Below, piece after piece: positions 33,978 through 47,196 of a stretch of DNA of 63,516 nt (positions are counted from its first letter, which is position 1; every line of letters begins with the position of its first letter). The notes beneath the pieces were generated by a model. The model ran no database searches. It was given only the letters and a program-made list of their open reading frames with translations, and was not told the origin of the DNA. A program made the translations under genes and the position numbers. The stretch comes from Gracilinanus agilis (lineage: Eukaryota): contig NC_058130.1 in assembly GCF_016433145.1 (NCBI RefSeq), positions 801,137,137-801,200,652 of the forward strand, read 5' to 3'.

Positions 33978-35460
33978 ATGGTCAGTGAAGAGCAGGATAC
34001 CTTACCCTACTCATGGTCTGAGAAAAAAGAGATACAAAATGACACTGATAGGCGCATAAATAATTTTTCTGCACCAAGATGCAACACAGAAATACAGACT
34101 GAGGCACAGAGAATCCAAACAGACAAATTTAAAGGGGAAATACCACCATTACAATCACAGAGTCCTGAGTCAGTACAAGTAGAAGTCCAAGAGCAAAATC
34201 AATGGGATTTAGATTGTACTGATATAGAGGCACCTTTGATACCTGTTAATCAATATGCTAAAGACAAGGAGCCCTTGATAATGGTGAAGATTGGAGAACA
34301 AATCTACTCAGCTTTAATCGATACTGGTGCAACTAGATCTGTACCAGAAGATTGCACTTTAATGGGATCTGTGAGAGTTAAAGGAGCCATTGGGCAAATG
34401 GAGTTGGTGCCCAAGCTAAGATCTTGAAGCCGTCCACTGACTCCATGAAGATTCCTAGTGGGTTGGACACTCAGAAAGGGGAACCAAGGACTGAGTGAAA
34501 ATGGGTTACGGGTTAAGGACTAATGGAAAGGGAACATAAGGTGAGAATAAAGACACACAGACACAGAAAGTTCTGGCGTAAGGTAGACAGACATCGAGTA
34601 AGCTCTGATGGTCAAGAGCTTCTACCTCAACTGTCATATAGCTACTTTTATTAGGGTTACAATCATACACGGGGGGACGAGGAAGGCAAGTGGTCTGATG
34701 TGAGGTAAACATCACGAGATACAGACTGTTGGACCCTAAAGCAATAGATAGAGCAAACATCTAGATCCAGAATCTATATGGCCTAAGGTCTTGATACTAA
34801 TTACTTGTTTTTTTGTAAAATAAGGAGCCTGAGATAACTGACCAGTCCTCCAGAGTGTAGCCTTAGGGAAGGGCTAGGAATTTGGCAAGGTTGAGGTTTA
34901 ATTCAACTCAAGGTTACCGAAATCATTCATAAGCAATACAAGAGTCATTTTTGAGCACTCTTAAAATAATATCACAATTAATGTATACCTGGATTCCTAC
35001 AGATCTAAAATGGTAAAGACAGGCCCAATGACTTTGGATCATTCATTTCTATTGATACCCGGACACCCATCCAATCTCTTAGGGAGGGATATCCTTTGCA
35101 AATTAGGTGCAACTATCTAATGGGACAAGTCTGGCCAAATATTCCTACATTTACCCAAATAGTCACTCAAGCACCATCCTTTGCTGTTCCTGGGGCAAGT
35201 GGTGGTGGTGGTGGTGGTGGGGTGATGAGGAAGAACATCATATGGGGAGTATCTTTGAAATCCCTGAAGATATCTCAGAGGCAGTTTGGGCAAAGCATCC
35301 CACTGATGTAGGAATTTTAAAATCTGCAACACCTGTCAAGATCGAGGTGAAAGAGGGCACTCCACCTAGAATTCCTCAGTATAGATTGAGTAAAGAGGCT
35401 ATAGAGGGTATCAGACCTATCATTCAGAGCCTCCTGAAGCAGAGCTCCATAGCCCAAAGA
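33978..35460 (+). mobile_element. Degenerate ERV pro-pol fragment (aspartic protease + start of RT), interrupted by a solo LTR; mirror at about 56735-58217 (-)
   Basis: LIDTGATRSV active-site motif; after the insert NLLGRDILCKLGATI; then VWAKHPTDVGILKSATPVKI...IPQYRLSKEAIEGIRPII. Stops, frameshifts and a (GGT)n insertion are present. Confidence 0.85.
34425..35001 (-). mobile_element. Solo LTR, 577 bp; mirror 57194-57770 (+)
   Basis: TG...CA ends; 5-bp TSD GATCT at 34420-34424 and 35002-35006; AATAAA followed by a U5-like tract in minus orientation. Confidence 0.88.
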
Positions 35461-35497
35461 CTTTAGTGTGGAGAAAGCAATGAGCTAAATAAGAGAT

Positions 35498-36225
35498 TGT
35501 GAAAGGGAATTCTTTATTCTCTTTGTCTATTTTGAGTTAACACTAACTGAAGTACCCCTAATTAGTACCTCACCAGACTGTGAAGTGTGAATCAGACTTT
35601 CTTTTAGTACCCCTACTTAGTACCTTACCAGACACTAAATAAGAGTGTTCTCAAGTCATTTGCTAAAGTGGGTAACAACTCAATGTGTCAGGAAATTGTG
35701 AATCCTTTTGATAAGAGTTTACACCTCCAGAGGATGAGAAGTGGATGGCAAGACATTGCCCCTCTGGGCAGTGCTAAACAATTTGAAAGCTGTGATAGGC
35801 CCCTGTGAAGAGGAGAAAGGACAAGAAGTCATTATAAAAGCCCTGAATTTCTAGGGCTAGAGGGTCAGCTTCAGGAGTTGTCCTAAACAAGTCATCTTCT
35901 TCAGCCCTAACTGCCTCTTGGAGGGAACTTGGGTGAGTGAATAACTCTTTCCTTTCCTGACTTCTTAAGAGAGATTAATTCTGGTTGAGGGTTAACAAGT
36001 GGTGCTGGGCTAAGTGGAGCACCAGAGCAATATTTAATGTGATAAGCTAAATATCTTCTCTACCCTCTTTTTGTATTTCTCAACTTTCACTCTCTCCACC
36101 TATTCTGTAAATAAAAAATATTGAAAGTTATTTTGACTTGAGCTATGATATTTTAAATCAGCAACCACCATATTATTTATAATTTTCTTATATTTTAGTC
36201 AAACCCTTAAATTTAATTCCTTTCA
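35498..36225 (+). mobile_element. Solo LTR, 728 bp (4-bp TSD, ERV1-type); mirror 55970-56697 (-)
   Basis: TGTGAAAGGGAATT...AATTCCTTTCA termini; TSD AGAT at 35494-35497 and 36226-36229; TATAAAA near 35834 and AATAAA near 36110. Confidence 0.85.
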
Positions 36226-36849
36226 AGATACATTTAATTTTAGTTTTGGTTATTAACTAGGATAACTCAGATCCATTTTGCTAAGAAGAACTTTCTAATC
36301 TATCTTCAAATAAGGCAGTTGGGCAAAGATGTTCAGACCAGAAAAACTATTAATTTTTAGCATTTTCAACTTTGCTACAAAAAGTTTTGAAAATGTTTCC
36401 ACATTTCCCCCTTTTGTGCTAGTTTTTACAATTTGCTCAAAGTAACATCTATGGCTATTATTTCCAGATTCTCAATTTTATATTAATCAGGACCAAGATA
36501 CATCTGTCTGATTTGTCCAAAATTAACACCAGGTTTATACATATGCTTCCATTTTATGTATTTTATTTTATGCATTTTTAAACAATATTATGAGAAGGTG
36601 TTCATAGCCTTTATGAGATAGCCAGAGAAGTCAGTGACAAATGGTAATAATTTACTGTCTAACTTGTCAACACATACTCAAAGTCTGTTGTTGCTTTGTG
36701 CCTGCCAGGGGGCTCTGCCTTCAATCCTAGTTTGAAAAATATATAAAATGAATATAATGAGAGTTCTCAACTAGGTGGGGAATATAATAGGAAAATGTTG
36801 TTGATTAAGATGTGTTCCAGAAAATTATAAAGGGAAAGACAACTCTCTG

Positions 36850-37731
36850 AATTCTTTTTTTTTAATTTTAATTTTGAATATTTCATGTTCTTTCCCTCTC
36901 TCCCAAACACCTCTTAGCCCCCTCAACTGGCACACAATTCCACTGGGTTTTACATGTATCACTAATCAAGACCTAATTCCATATTATTGATAGTTGGACT
37001 AGAGTTATCATTTAGTGTCTACATCCCCAATAATATCCCCATCAGCCCATGTGTTCAGGCAGTTGTTTTTTTTTCTTCTTCTGTGTTTCTCCTTCCACAG
37101 TTCTTCCTCTGAATGTGGCTAGTTTTCTTTCTCATAAGTCCCTCAGCCTTGGTCTGGATCCTTGCATTGCTGTTGGTAGAGAAGTCTGTTATGTTCAATT
37201 GTACCACAGTGTATCAGTCTCTGTGTACAAAGTTCTCCTGGATCAGCTCCTTTCACTATGCATCAATTCCTGGAGGTCTTTCCAGTTCACATGGAATTCC
37301 TCCAGTTCTTTATTCCTTTGAGGTCTCTCTGAATTCTAATGACCTTTTCTCAATTCTCTTTGATCTCTCTGTAGCCTTTGTTATGGGTGACTACTCTCTC
37401 CTACCTGATATTCTTTTCTCTCTAGGTTCCAGAAAACCACTTTTTCATGGTTCTCCTCCTTCTATCTGAGTATGCCTAGTTACCCTAATAACGTTTTACA
37501 ATTTCCCAAGCAGTTTTTGTCAAATGGTGGGTTCTTTTACCAAAAGTGTGGGTCTTTGGATTTGTCAAACCCTAGGTAACTATGCTCATTTACTACAATG
37601 TGTTATTGAGTGCATAATCTATTCCATTGATCCACTACTCTATTTCCTAGCCAGTACCAGATTGTTCTCATGGTTGCTGCTTTATAATACAGTCTGAAGT
37701 CTGATAGAGTTAAGCTAATGAACTGTGTGTG

Positions 37732-37782
<51 letters not shown>

Positions 37783-38870
37783 ATTTTTTCATTTATTCCC
37801 TTGATATTCTTGACCTTCTGTGCTTCCAGACGAATTTTATTATTTTATTTAGTTCTATGAAATAATTTTTGGGCTTCTTAATTGACATGGCACTGAATAC
37901 AAAAATTACTCTATATATAGAATTTTCATTTTTATTACGGTGACTCAGCCTACCCATGAGCAATTAGTAGTTTTTCAGTTGTTTACATCTGACTTTTTTG
38001 TGAAAAGTGTTTTGTAGTTGTGATCATATAGTTCTTGAGTTTCTCTTGGTAGTTGGAGTCCCAGGTATTATTTGTAGCATAGTTAAATGCTGATGATTTA
38101 TGTGGTTTATTTTATATCCAACAACTTTGCTAAAATTGTTCATTGTTTTGATTATATTTTGGTTGATTCTCTCAGATTCTCTATGTATATCATATCATCT
38201 GGGAAAACTGATGGCTTCATTTCCTCATTGCCTATTCCAATTCCTTCAATTTCTTCTTCTCTTACTGCTATAGCTAGCATTGCTAGTGCTTTATCATCTA
38301 GTAGTGTTGATAGTGGGCATCCTGGCTTCAGCCCTGATCTTTGTAGGAAAGCTCCTAGTTTATCCTCATTGAAGATAATCTTTGCTAATGGTTTTAGATA
38401 GATGCTATTTATTATTTTGAGAAAGGGTCCATTTATACCAGTGTCCTATAGTTATTAGGAAAAGGTGTTGAATTTTGTCAAAAGCTTTTTTTTTTTTTGA
38501 CAAAAAGTATCTATTGAGGGGGCAGCTGGGTAGCTCAGTGGATTGAAAGCCAAGCCTAGAGACAGGAGGTCCTAGGTTCAAATCTGGCCTCAGACACTTC
38601 CCAGCTATGTGATCCTGGGCAAGTCACTTGACCCCCATTGCCTACCCTTACCACTCTTGCACCTATAAGTCAATACACAGAAGTTAAGGGTTTAAAATTT
38701 AAAAAAAGTTAAAAAAAAGCATCTATTGAGATAATCATAAAGTTTCTGTTGTTTTTCTCATCAATATTGTCAAATGTGCTGATGCAGTTCCCAATATTGA
38801 ATCAGCCCTGCATTCCTATTCGTGGTATTTGATCTTTGTGATATGTTGCTATAATCACCTTGCTAGTGTG
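36850..38870 (-). mobile_element. Fragmented L1 (ORF2 + 3'UTR), interrupted by (CA)24 and a SINE; mirror at about 53327-55345 (+)
   Basis: The mirror copy reads degenerate L1 ORF2 (...[16 protein letters not shown]..., FDKSKDP...FDKNCLG) and an L1 3'UTR. Confidence 0.85.
38518..38718 (+). mobile_element. Young SINE1-like insertion inside L1; mirror at about 53479-53679 (-)
   Basis: gggggcagctgggtagctcagtgg...ggttcaaatc A/B boxes, A-rich tail, and TSD AAAAAG(T/C)ATCTATTGA on both sides. Confidence 0.88.
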
Positions 38871-39901
38871 TGGAATGAAATGTGTGCATTATTTCCCAAT
38901 ATACATTGATTAGTATTAATAATCCTGGATTGTCAACTTCCTATAGAAAAATAGTGAAGTTAGGTGCTCTCCACCAGAGATAACAATCTCTCCTTTTGAA
39001 GAGTAGAAGAAACCCCCTCCCCAAGGAGCTTTATACACATGTATTAATATAGGCCTTTAGTATGCTCTTTTTCAAATGGGGCTAAGAGACTATGATTCCC
39101 AAGACCCCACTCACTTCCTGTCATTACGTGCTGATGTAGACAGGAGATAAATTGGGTTAGCACACTTGCTTCTAGAAAGGAAAGATGTCCTGGAATGGGA
39201 TTTTGCCCCACTCCATGCAATGGAACAGCCCTGCCCACCATCCGATTAACCCTATTTGCCTCAGTTTCCTTGCCTATAAAATATGTTAAGAAAAGGAAAT
39301 GGCAAGCCTCTTCAGTATCTTTGCCAGGAAAACCCCAAAATGGGTTCTAGAAGGGTAAGAGATGCCTGAAGTGCCTAAACAAGAATAAATGTTTCTTGAT
39401 ATAATGATTGATTGATTCAGTCATCCATTCTGAAGGAGTTAAAGGTCTTATCAATGACAGTGGGTAAAGAAATGGAGGAGGGACATCAGCAATACTGAAG
39501 TGAGCATTAAATGTCAGGCACAAAAGACAGAAGGATAAAGAGGAACATTTTCACAATCATGAGATAAGGAAATTCAATAGGGTGTTACCACTGAGAAAAC
39601 TAGTGCAATTGATGGAAATCTTCAGTTAAATGTACAAAGTAGATATGATTCAAGTATTACCACGTTCATGAAACAGATATCCCAGAATGACACAGGCCAT
39701 TTCTCAGGTACTTCTGCTTTGTGAAGGAATTCTGATTCAGTGTTCCAGAACTTTTTTTTTCTCATAGGAAAGAATTTGGACTTGACTCATAATTGAAGAG
39801 CAATGGGAATGAGCTAGTTCCAAAACTGCCAGCAGATGGAGTCAGTGTGGTTCTCTGGATTTCCACTATAAACTACTTGCTCTCTTATTCCCCTCAGTTT
39901 C

Positions 39902-40827
39902 TCACACTGAGTACTTCCCCCTCTTGCCCTCTGACTTATTTCTCATGCATTCCTGGGCGTTCTCATTTGGCCTCAGCAAGATCACCCAACACTTGGGAAT
40001 AAAGATAGAGCTTAGTAAGCCAGCACTGGATGCCAGGATGGAGAAGATCTCCACCACCACCATGGCTTTGCCCTTGGTGCTCTGGTATGTGGGCAAGAAG
40101 GAGAGCCACACACTGCAGAACACCAGCATGCTGAAGGTGATGAACTTGGCTTCGTTGAAGGTATCAGGCAGACTCCTGGCCAGGAAAGCCACTATGAAGC
40201 TTCCCAGAGCTAAGAGGCCAATATAGCCCAAGACACAGTAGAAACCAAGGACAGAGCCCTCATTACATTCAATGATGATCTGATCAGGCTGGGAATATGT
40301 GTCTGTGTCAGGAAAGGGGGGAGAGATTCCCAGCCAGATGCCACAGAGAGTTGCCTGAATTCCAGAGGAAAGTAATACAATACAGTTGGATACTCTAGGT
40401 TGTAGCCAGATCTTTCCTCTACTCCCTGGTATTGTAACCCTGAAGGCCATAACAACCAGAATGGTTTTTGCTAAAATGGAAGAAACAGCCACAGTGAAGA
40501 CAAGGCCAAATGTCGTTTGTCGGAAGAGGCAGGTGACTGCAGTGGGACGGCCGATAAAGAGCAAAGAGCAGAGAAAACAGAAGGTGAGGGAGATGAGGAG
40601 GGTGTAGCTGAGGGTCCTGTTATTGGCTTTCACTATGTGTATATCTCGGAACTTCACAAACACCCCGAGAATCAGAGCTGTCAGCACAGAGAAGAAAAGA
40701 GCCACACAGGTGAGAGCCATTCCCAGAGGTTCTTTGATATCCAGGAAGGTGATGGCTTTGAGGAGGCAGCGATCTCTCTCCTTATTGGGATGTTCATGTT
40801 CAAGACACTTCATACAGTGCTTCATAT
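39902..40827 (-). CDS. Vomeronasal type-2 receptor (class C GPCR), last exon (end of cysteine-rich domain + 7TM); upstream exons absent
   Basis: Open frame DMKHCMKC...CLLKAITFLDIKEPLG...VKANNRTLSYTLL...SSILAKT...ECNEGS...LARSLPDTFNEAKFITFSMLVFCSVW...IFSILASSAGLL...FIPKCWVILLRP. The acceptor ttccctccag gives the phase-1 D codon typical of V2R last exons. Confidence 0.9.
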
Positions 40828-41199
40828 CTGGAGGGAACAAGAAGCATCTCATTGTGTTATGTTTCAAAATTTTTCCTTATTCCCAAACCTGGGAAACAGA
40901 CACAATATCTGTGGTCAGTCCTTTTTGTCTGAGAGAGGGAGATATTGATAGAGCCCCTAAGTTATTGGACCCCTAAGTAAAGGAATCATAGTACATTGAA
41001 TAAGCCTAGGAATGAACCTAGGACAGTCTTGTGTACTATATCCCTGGAAACTGTAGCAGAAGAGTCATCTTGAGTATGTTTTCATGTATCTTATGGAAAC
41101 CCCTGAATCCTCCAATCACCATGCACATTGTATCCCATGGATCAATACCTTGATAGGATGCATTTTTCTTCTCAAAACTCTCTGTGATTGGCTATCTCT

Positions 41200-41490
41200 C
41201 TCTCTCTCTTTTTTTTATCCTGGGACTCCATTCTAGGAGCATAGGGCCACAACCAGTAGGCAATGGGTCGCTCAGGGTCACCCAGCTGGGAAGTGTCTGA
41301 GCCCGGATTTGAACCTAGGACCTTTCGTCTCTAGGCCTGGCTCTCAATCCACTGAGCTAGCCCAGCTGCCCCTACTTTAGGTTGCAGTTTCTTTAGCATA
41401 TGTAGTTTTTACAGGGTGGGGTTGCTAGCCCCACGCCCAACCCTCCTCCTTTTTCATCCGGGGTAGGGACCGTCCTTAGCCCAGGAGTGA
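41200..41490 (-). mobile_element. Second copy of the composite SINE, 5'-truncated; mirror at about 50707-50997 (+)
   Basis: Close match to 13785-14055; candidate TSD CTATCTCT at 41192-41199 and 41491-41498. Confidence 0.8.
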
Positions 41491-42862
41491 CTATCTCTTA
41501 CTATGAAAATATTCCCTGTAACCATATTGATGGGTATGTTTGGGTAGCAACCCAGATTCCTATAACTATCATCACCTCCCTCAATAAAGCTGCCGTGGGG
41601 CCATTGAATACCATCTGCATCTTTGATCCTTTTGATTCTTTTGTCTTTTTCATGATCCTCGCCACCTCCTTACCCCAACAAAGACTTCACAGGACCCTCA
41701 TAGGGCCCCCAGAGACTGGGAGGACATGGCTGGCTGCTCTTATCCAGATATGGCTCTTATGGTGTAATTAATGCCACCTTGGTGTAGCCACCAAGGGGAT
41801 CAAGGCCATCCCATTGTGCTCCTCACCTTTATAATTTAGAAGGCTTAGATCAGGCTATTTCTCAGCATTTATCTTTTCCAGAGGAAGACAATTGTTCCTC
41901 CATCTAGGGACACCCATTTGAGTTCACTCTTTTCAAACTTGGAAAACTATTAAAAACCAGATATACCAACAAGGGAGGATTTAGTGTCAGGTAGTATAGA
42001 TTAGTGTCAGGTAGTATAGAGAGGGTTTGGGAATAATTAGCCAGAATCAGGGAGTGATAGGGAGAATCAAGATCATGAAGACTCCATCTTGCAATGGACT
42101 TAGAGGGAAGTAATAGAACTTAGAGATTAGGTCATTCTTGTTCCTAAATCCTCCTTCATTACCCCTTTTAATTAATAAATCTATTACTGTTACATCAAGA
42201 AGTTTTAAAAGACTGGTTTGTGCTCTGGCCCTAGTGTGGTAAGGCCCAATCTGCCTTACTTCATTAAAGAGGAACTGTGGTATTTATAACTAGTTCCCTT
42301 GGTGGATAACAACATCTACCCATGTCAGTTTACCATAATACTTTAATTGTCAAGTGAAAACAGACAAGGACCTGGAATATTTTGAATTTTTAAAGGACTA
42401 ACAGCCATTTTGGCCTCCTTTAGAACTCTCACTCTTGGCAGGAGGTCGAGGTGGCCATTAGAATCCTGAGAGCTGACAGTTGCAGTCTATGTATTGTCAT
42501 AATATAACAGTAGCTGGCCCAGTCGGTGGCTCCATAACCTCCCTCTCATTTAGATGTCACTCACACAGCTATTTACAAGCAGTTTTCAAGCCAACTACTT
42601 TGTTTTATAAAAGTGGAAGGCAATAATTCTTGCTGTTTCCCTGAGGAGATTCATTTTACTCAGAAAGTTCATTTCTCCAGGGTGCCTACGTATAGCACAA
42701 TGGAGATGATTTGGTATCAGATTACAATGATACCCTCTTTCTTTATGGCAATCACACCAGATTACCTACATGATTTTATGGGCTTCAAGCCTTACTTCCA
42801 ATAACCGACATGACTATATATAGGGCTCTATCTTATTTGCCTCTCCTGTTTCTATTATTGGG

Positions 42863-45000
42863 TTGCTGTACCAATTTAAAAATGTAGCAGTTTTTAAAAG
42901 GCTCATTGTTACTGGCTGGTTAAATCTAGGGAACAGTGAATTAAAGCAACCGGTTCTAACCCTGCAACAAAAGATTGATCAACTGGAAGCTCAATGTTTC
43001 AAACTAACTGAACAAAAATGGGCAATGCTAGGGGCAATGCTAAAGGAAGCAGCTAAACAAGGGGGTGCAGAAAAAACACAGGCACCTACCAAGCCTCAGC
43101 TGGTAACTGATGTATTAGAACATAATTCTGTCCATATGTTCCCTTTGCATGATGCGACCTATATTGTTCTAGATATAGGCATTGTGTATATAAAGTCACC
43201 TAAACAATTTACTTCAGCTGACTGAGATGCCATAGAGAAAAGAAATCCCAGATTTGATGATGAACCAAATAAAGTGATCTATGAGTTTAAAAGAGTGATA
43301 AAGATCTTTGACCCTGATTTTAGGGACTTTGAATTGATTATGGATGAACTTTTAAGAAAGAGAGAGAAACAACAATTTATTGAGCAGACCAGTAACAATC
43401 CTATTCTAACATCCTGGCCAAATGAGGATCCTCAATTAGAGATGGATTCTGTAGAAGCCTAAAGATATCTATAGCTAAGGGAAGCAATTTTGGAAACAAT
43501 GAAGGCAAATTCAAAGGACACGTGGTCCAAATTTGAAACAAAAGATAGGAGCCTGGGGAAACACCTGCAAGCTTTTTGGACAGGATCATAGATTCTGGAG
43601 AGCAATTACTTGGGGTGGACTTACTGATGGAGGAAAACTCAAATCACATTCACGGTCAATTTGTGAAAAATTCATGCACTTCTGTTAGGAATTTTTTCAG
43701 GAACAACTGTCCTACCTCGTAAACTATGGGTCCAGAAGAGCTTAAAAGAACAGTTAGATACATATACCAAGCTGGAAAACATAGACAAACAGAAGACAAA
43801 AGTGACTTAATATATGATTTAAGAAAGCAATTAAGGGAAGCAAACCAAAAGCCTAAAGATAGTGAGATAAAAGAAGTAAAGGCAATTGAACCTTTGAGAT
43901 CATATAGACCTAAAAATGATTTTAACCCCAGACAAACTAGACAAAGTCCACCTAGATGTTATTTGTGTAACCAAATTGGCCATTTCATGAGGGAGTGTCA
44001 GTTCAGGGGACAATTTTCTGGCCAAGCATTTAGGATGAACTGAGGCAACAACTTTAATAGTTTCAACGGCAATGGTTATAGGCAGAATTTGTGTAGTTAT
44101 GCCGACAGAATCAATAATCAATAATGCATTCCAAAGACAGGACCAGAATGGCTGCTGCAACCATGGATGTTGCCATGGGTCCCAACAATACCCTGATTTA
44201 CAAACTATGCAGGAGTAGGTCAAGAATGGAGCTTGTCTGAGATACTTCTTGTGGGTCAGGGAGAAATTGCCAGAAAGGGGATTTGGAAAAGGGGGCATAT
44301 GTATTATGAAGGCATGAACAGAACAGCACATTTATAGGAAAGAGAAACATAGAGGCAGATTGTGAGAAAGGAAACATTGATACAATAATATCAAGTGAGA
44401 GCAATGGAATAGAAACAAATAGAAAGCAATGGAATAGAAAAAATAGAAACAAAAAGAAGGTGTAATGAACAAAATAAATCCTGGCAGAATAATAGCAATC
44501 TTAAACCCTGGCAAAGCAATGGTTAAGAAGTAAATGGGGAGGTGGAATGTGATGGACAGGAATTAGAGATGCAATTCCCAGATCTATCCATTTTGGCACC
44601 AGTCATACAGACACATTCACCACCAAATAGCACGGAACCCCATGTATCATTAAGAGTAGAGGAGCATATTTATGATCTTTTGGTGGATATGGGGGCTAGT
44701 AAATCTGTTTTGCAAATGTCCCCTGAGGAATGCAAGTCTGTAGGAACTATAGAAGTAATGGGGGTAACTGGGAGACCACAAAGGGTAAAGAAGTTGCAAT
44801 CCAAAATGGTATCATTAGGTCCTTTCTATGTAGAACACTCATTCCTTTTGATGCCAAATTCACCTGCAAATTTACTTGACAAGGATCTTCTGTGCAAATT
44901 AAGAGCTACAATACAGTGCACAATGCCTGGAGACATATCTTTAGTACTTCCAGAGGGATCCTTAAGTGTGTTTGCTGTATTATTCTTAGACACAGTTGAG
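42863..45000 (+). mobile_element. Degenerate ERV gag-pro (class I-like)
   Basis: Capsid-like segments; CCHC knuckle CYLCNQIGHFMREC (ORF 43726-44043); protease LLVDMGASKSVL...NLLDKDLLCKLRATI (ORF 44542-45084). Multiple stops and frameshifts. Confidence 0.85.
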
Positions 45001-45848
45001 AAAGAGGAGAAAGGGGTCCTTGCCAAGACTACCACTGAGAGCCTACTGCCACTTCTCTTCAGTACACTGACTGGGAGTCCTTGAAAGCTGCTTCCTGCCC
45101 AGCTGGTAAAGTATAAATTTCCCTCACATTGCTAACACCTGAGTGCTTGCTGCTGTCTTGGAAGCATGGGTGTTTCTCTTAGGCAACAATTATCTTCCTC
45201 AGGGCTTTCATCTTGAGGCAAGCTTCCACCCTCTTAACTCCTTGACAACATAGCTGGGGAGGGCAATCAAGGGGAGCAGCAGTCCACTGTCCATGCGACA
45301 GTAGAAGCAAGTGGCCCCCTGGCATTTTTACCCCTTGGGGAGGAGAAGTAAAGTACTAATTTTACTCAGTACATACTAGGGTAGCACCACCTACAGATAG
45401 GAAGCAGAGATTGCAAGCAGGGTCCAGTTTTCTGCCTATCTCAAATAGCTCCCATTTCAGGAGAGCCTTACTGAGCTTGTGCAGCTTACAGCTTAAGATG
45501 TCTTTTCTTACTGCTGTTCCTAGGTATACTGATTGGATACCTTGCTGTTAGCTTGAGTAATCTCAAGATTCAGAGGGAAGATTCATCTCCCTACACCCCC
45601 TTGCCATTTTGGCCTGCCCAGTCTCTGCAACACATCCAATATGGGGTTCATCCACACTATGCTCAGTGCAAGTATGGGGAACCCCAAAAGTGTGACCAAA
45701 GAAATCTAGACAGATGATGATACTGGGGAGGGGAAGGAACCTTGAAGAGTCTGGAGGTGAATTTTAAGCCCTTTTAGACCCCATTGCTTTATTGATGTTA
45801 CCTGTTTCAGTTTGTTCCCCTCCAAATAGTGAAGAAGTCTCTGTAACA

Positions 45849-46348
45849 NNNNNNNNNNNNNNNNNNNNNNNNNNNNNNNNNNNNNNNNNNNNNNNNNNNN
45901 NNNNNNNNNNNNNNNNNNNNNNNNNNNNNNNNNNNNNNNNNNNNNNNNNNNNNNNNNNNNNNNNNNNNNNNNNNNNNNNNNNNNNNNNNNNNNNNNNNNN
46001 NNNNNNNNNNNNNNNNNNNNNNNNNNNNNNNNNNNNNNNNNNNNNNNNNNNNNNNNNNNNNNNNNNNNNNNNNNNNNNNNNNNNNNNNNNNNNNNNNNNN
46101 NNNNNNNNNNNNNNNNNNNNNNNNNNNNNNNNNNNNNNNNNNNNNNNNNNNNNNNNNNNNNNNNNNNNNNNNNNNNNNNNNNNNNNNNNNNNNNNNNNNN
46201 NNNNNNNNNNNNNNNNNNNNNNNNNNNNNNNNNNNNNNNNNNNNNNNNNNNNNNNNNNNNNNNNNNNNNNNNNNNNNNNNNNNNNNNNNNNNNNNNNNNN
46301 NNNNNNNNNNNNNNNNNNNNNNNNNNNNNNNNNNNNNNNNNNNNNNNN
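45849..46348. other. Assembly gap, 500 N, at the centre of the mirror duplication
   Basis: N run of round length. Confidence 0.99.
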
Positions 46349-47196
46349 TGTTACAGAGACTTCTTCACTATTTGGAGGGGAACAAACTGAAACAGTTAAC
46401 ATCAATAAAGCAATGGGGTCTAAAAGGGCTTAAAATTCACCTCCAGACTCTTCAAGGTTCCTTCCCCTCCCCAGTATCATCATCTGTCTAGATTTCTTTG
46501 GTCACACTTTTGGGGTTCCCCATACTTGCACTGAGCATAGTGTGGATGAACCCCATATTGGATGTGTTGCAGAGACTGGGCAGGCCAAAATGGCAAGGGG
46601 GTGTAGGGAGATGAATCTTCCCTCTGAATCTTGAGATTACTCAAGCTAACAGCAAGGTATCCAATCAGTATACCTAGGAACAGCAGTAAGAAAAGACATC
46701 TTAAGCTGTAAGCTGCACAAGCTCAGTAAGGCTCTCCTGAAATGGGAGCTATTTGAGATAGGCAGAAAACTGGACCCTGCTTGCAATCTCTGCTTCCTAT
46801 CTGTAGGTGGTGCTACCCTAGTATGTACTGAGTAAAATTAGTACTTTACTTCTCCTCCCCAAGGGGTAAAAATGCCAGGGGGCCACTTGCTTCCACTGTC
46901 GCATGGACAGTGGACTGCTGCTCCCCTTGATTGCCCTCCCCAGCTATGTTGTCAAGGAGTTAAGAGGGTGGAAGCTTGCCTCAAGATGAAAGCCCTGAGG
47001 AAGATAATTGTTGCCTAAGAGAAACACCCATGCTTCCAAGACAGCAGCAAGCACTCAGGTGTTAGCAATGTGAGGGAAATTTATACTTTACCAGCTGGGC
47101 AGGAAGCAGCTTTCAAGGACTCCCAGTCAGTGTACTGAAGAGAAGTGGCAGTAGGCTCTCAGTGGCAGTCTTGGCAAGAACCCCTTTCTCCTCTTT

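Noticed and set aside
38518-38600. tRNA gene (A/B boxes TAGCTCAGTGG...GGTTCAAATC)
   Set aside because: It is the tRNA-derived head of a SINE with an A tail and TSD; no cloverleaf or acceptor stem.
42863-45084. Domesticated or active retroviral gene
   Set aside because: Gag is split by stops and frameshifts, the protease motif is altered (DMG), and no intact RT, integrase or env is visible.
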